Positions 61,003 through 64,000 of a stretch of DNA of 64,000 nt are shown here, one piece after another (the stretch's first letter is position 1; each line of letters begins with the position of its first letter). The translations under genes and the position numbers were made by a program. Location of the stretch: NCBI GenBank assembly GCA_000708835.1, contig DF237085.1, positions 1 through 64,000 of the forward strand, in the 5' to 3' direction. The notes under the pieces are model-generated. The model was not told where the DNA came from. It made no database searches and worked only from the letters and a program-made list of their open reading frames with translations. This DNA comes from Klebsormidium nitens. Lineage: Eukaryota > Plantae > Klebsormidiophyceae.

Positions 61003-62804
61003 TCTGCGAGGTGCCTCCAATGCCGCAAAAACACAAAGGTCGATCCTTGACAGGCAATTGCTCAAGCCTGCCACTTCCTCTCAACACTGACAACAGGGCA
61101 TTCGCTGGCTTGATTGCACCTTTGTCAAATTTGAGGACCTGGAAAAATGTCCAATTAAAGTTTTATTGCTCATTCCGTTCCGCTGTGACTGCGGTCTGGA
61201 CAAATCTACCGTACCAGAACGAGGGCCGGAAACATGAACGGAACTAGAGCGGTGAGCAACCTATAGAAGGAACAGTCTGCCTACGTTCGGCAATCATGGG
61301 GTCTGGTTACCTAACACTCAACAGTTTCAACTGTAAACTTAACCCTGTTGCATTAATGATTAAGGAGGCTATGACCCCGGCGATCAAGACCGGTGGATAA
61401 TTTTAATAACACAATGATGCCTTGGAAAAGGTCGGGAGCCTACAAACCGAGCCCCACCGACGCTTTCGGGTTACAGAGACAAGTCATAAGAGTCGGAGGC
61501 GGCAATGATTGCCGCGAGGCCCCGGTCGGTGTCGGAAACTGCTGTAACGCACACCCTTTTCCGCGATATCGGGAAGGCTTCTCGGCCGCCCAATCTCGCG
61601 CATCATGAGGTTGAGAAGTTACGGCTGTACGGCAAAAGGTACAGAATTGTACCTACTTGCCACGTGAAATGCTACAGTGGCATACTGGTATCACAACGGT
61701 TGTCACCGTTGTGAGGGATGACGACCCAGCCATGATCCTTTGACTGGTGACAGTGGTGCACTGTGAACCCTCAAAGGTTCCAGCTGATATTGGTAACTCG
61801 GGCGCAACTCCCCGGGCAATGGTGTGATGTTGCTCCATGTGGCTACCAGGACCAGAGGATCCCCAGAGTCCAGCCTCCAGGCGGGCTGACTTGACACTAC
61901 CTAGCTTTGCAAGGTACGCCTGTACGGACGGCTTACGTGTGTTTGTAACAGGCCCGCATCACTACGATCTCCAGAGCAGTAGGAGACGCCGTCGGAAGCG
62001 GAGACCGGCAACCTCAATAACCGGGATTCGATTTCTTGTCCCGACTGCTTGATACCGGTAGTATCCGGTACACATGCCTACAGCCTGCCTTAGAACGTAC
62101 CGTACCTCCAATGTCACGGGTACCATAGGTACGTCCCTAGGCCTACTGCCTAGTACCTACCTATGCCCCGGCCCGAGTACCCACCGCACGTTGGCCTACT
62201 GCGGGCAGCCTGTGGGCTGTGTCGGAGTGCCCCCGGTGAGTCAGTAATGCATGGTATGCTACGGTACCAACTTGCATGTTCGAGTTCGCACGCTGGCTAC
62301 CTACCCACTAGTAGGCCCTAGACTCGTCGTGACGTTTCTGCATTCAAACTTCTCTCAAACTTCTTCGGAACAAACTAGGTAGGTACCTAACCCAATTTTG
62401 GTTGTAGGCTGGTCTCCGAAAGCTACCAGAGGGAGCGGTATCTGCAAGGACTTAAACCCTCCTGTAGATTCGTAACCCAGGTTGAAGATTTGGCGTTTGC
62501 GGTAAACGCCGGCCGGCACGTTTGAATTGTACAAACGTGCATGCACAAATGCACAAATGCACATTGTACATGATAGGTACCTACGGAGTGCGCATGGAAT
62601 CCCGGTAGGTCATATAGGGATAAACTTTAATAGTAATAAGGAACTTAAGGTACACGAGTACGGGTGCGGTTAGTTTGGTGGTTAGGGTGGGTTCGGGTGC
62701 GGAGCAGGTGAGTTTGTTCGTAGGGTTTTAGTGTTGGTTAAGCCAAGAAATTGAGTACTTCAGTACCTAAGATCCTTATTACTATTAGAGTTTATGGTTA
62801 TGGT

Positions 62805-63066
62805 CGTAGTGGCACGACCCATTCGCACCAAAAAAATTCGTAAGGCCTTGGTGCGAAAAAATCCGGAAATCATTTTGAGCTTGGTGCGAAATGGCGAAAT
62901 GGAAATAAACCCAAATGAAGCCTAAAATCGCGTAAAAATAGGCTAAAACACTACAAATTTGCTCTCGTGCGAAAACTAAATATCCCCCAAAACCTTTGTG
63001 CGAAATCAGAAAGGGAAAAAAAATAATTTTCGTAAGGGCTTGGTGCGAATGGGTCGTGCCACTACG
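62805..63066. mobile_element. MITE-like element (262 bp), 27-bp perfect TIRs, internal ttggtgcgaa subrepeats
   Basis: cgtagtggcacgacccattcgcaccaa ... ttggtgcgaatgggtcgtgccactacg; flanked by GT on both sides (possible 2-bp TSD). Confidence 0.8.
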
Positions 63067-64000
63067 GTAGGTCATTGAAATTGGTGAAACTTGGTAGCCT
63101 GAGCCTGAGGTCCTGGGCTTCATATACGGTACGCAGTGCCGCCGCACTGCGGCCATACCTACCTATTGTGACTGTGAGTGGCTGAGTGGTTGCAACTACC
63201 GTACAATCCTATCCAGGATGATTTCACTTGGGGATTCAGTCCCATGAAACAGCTCACGTCCATTGCCAGGTGCCAAGCTGAGAGCATGCTGCTTTCGCAG
63301 CTTTCGGCAAGTGGCACGTTTGGCGCCGCGCGGAGCGATTGCAGTGAACCGGTGAACCACCTACCTAGGAGGCTACTACCTACCGACCTAGATCCAGACT
63401 ACCCACCTAACTACCTATGTGATGATCTTTGTAGCCTGCTGATTCCGTGCTTGATTCAATGGCGTTGAACCCTCTAACAGCCCGTTTTTGAGCTTCGCTG
63501 CACTGATTGAATTTGAGAAGAATCATGCAGGCGTGGTCGGGTTTTGAGAGAAAGAGTGAAAAGGCTTTGGGGTGTTAGTCAGTGACATTGTGGGGCCGAT
63601 TCGTGAGCTGCTGTTCAGCTGTTACTCCGAAGCGGCTGGAAAGCTAGTCTCTCCAGGTACATTACCAGTTTCTCCAGGTGTGAAAACACATGTTTGAACA
63701 TCTAGCAGGCTGAGGAAGCAGCTGCTTCGTAAAATGAATCTGGTGGTGCATCTTCAGATCCAGTGACGTTATAGAGTTTCTTACATCACAAAATCCATGC
63801 ATTGAAGTGTATTTCACCAATGTGGCGCGCAGCCGCTTATCAATTACAAAGGGCGGGTTATGCCCAGCCGGCTTCGCGAGTCAGCGAAAATTATAAAGGC
63901 GTGCATTGATCTGGCCTTGACGAGGCCTCATTGTCAGGTAAGCTGCCAATGCCACTGCATTGCAGACACGTTGCAGATTGTCTTTATTTGCTGTGGATTG

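Noticed and set aside
61300-62760. Retroelement or gene remnant in the gtac/taggta-rich segment
   Set aside because: No RT, integrase or gag motif, LTR or TIR pair could be identified.
1-64000. Non-standard genetic code (TAA/TAG = Gln) to explain the in-frame stops
   Set aside because: The conserved exons I translated (NadC, PES1, HMA, PPO) and 350-485-codon ORFs contain no internal TAA/TAG. PPO and the MYND gene end at plausible TAG stops.

Overview
Eukaryotic, intron-rich nuclear DNA, most consistent with a charophyte green alga such as Klebsormidium. This is an inference from streptophyte-type NadC, PPO2 and HMA2/4-like proteins, GT-AG introns of a few hundred nt, and TTTTAGGG-type telomere words in introns. 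Four housekeeping genes are clear: nadC/QPT (+, ~13.3-17.2 kb), Pescadillo/PES1 (-, 31.1-36.0 kb), a P1B-2 Zn/Cd ATPase with His/Cys-rich termini (+, ~43.8-51.3 kb) and protoporphyrinogen oxidase PPO2-like (-, 52.6-61.0 kb). Accessory genes include a tandem F-box pair, a MYND-finger protein, a candidate 5xSAP + HNH-like nuclease and several disrupted genes. The first ~12 kb is the unusual part. It holds a virus-like AEP/PrimPol primase frame broken by one TGA, small intronless ORFs, a 1.6-kb diverged duplication carrying a two-exon gene, and an 842-bp TIR element with a 5-bp TSD. It also holds at least 11 copies of a ~65-bp inverted-repeat motif whose two arms co-vary, arranged in alternating orientations. 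Exon boundaries were read by eye, so they are approximate unless stated. No rRNA, tRNA or CRISPR array was recognised. Many ORF-track entries start at CTG/GTG/TTG or are antisense shadows.
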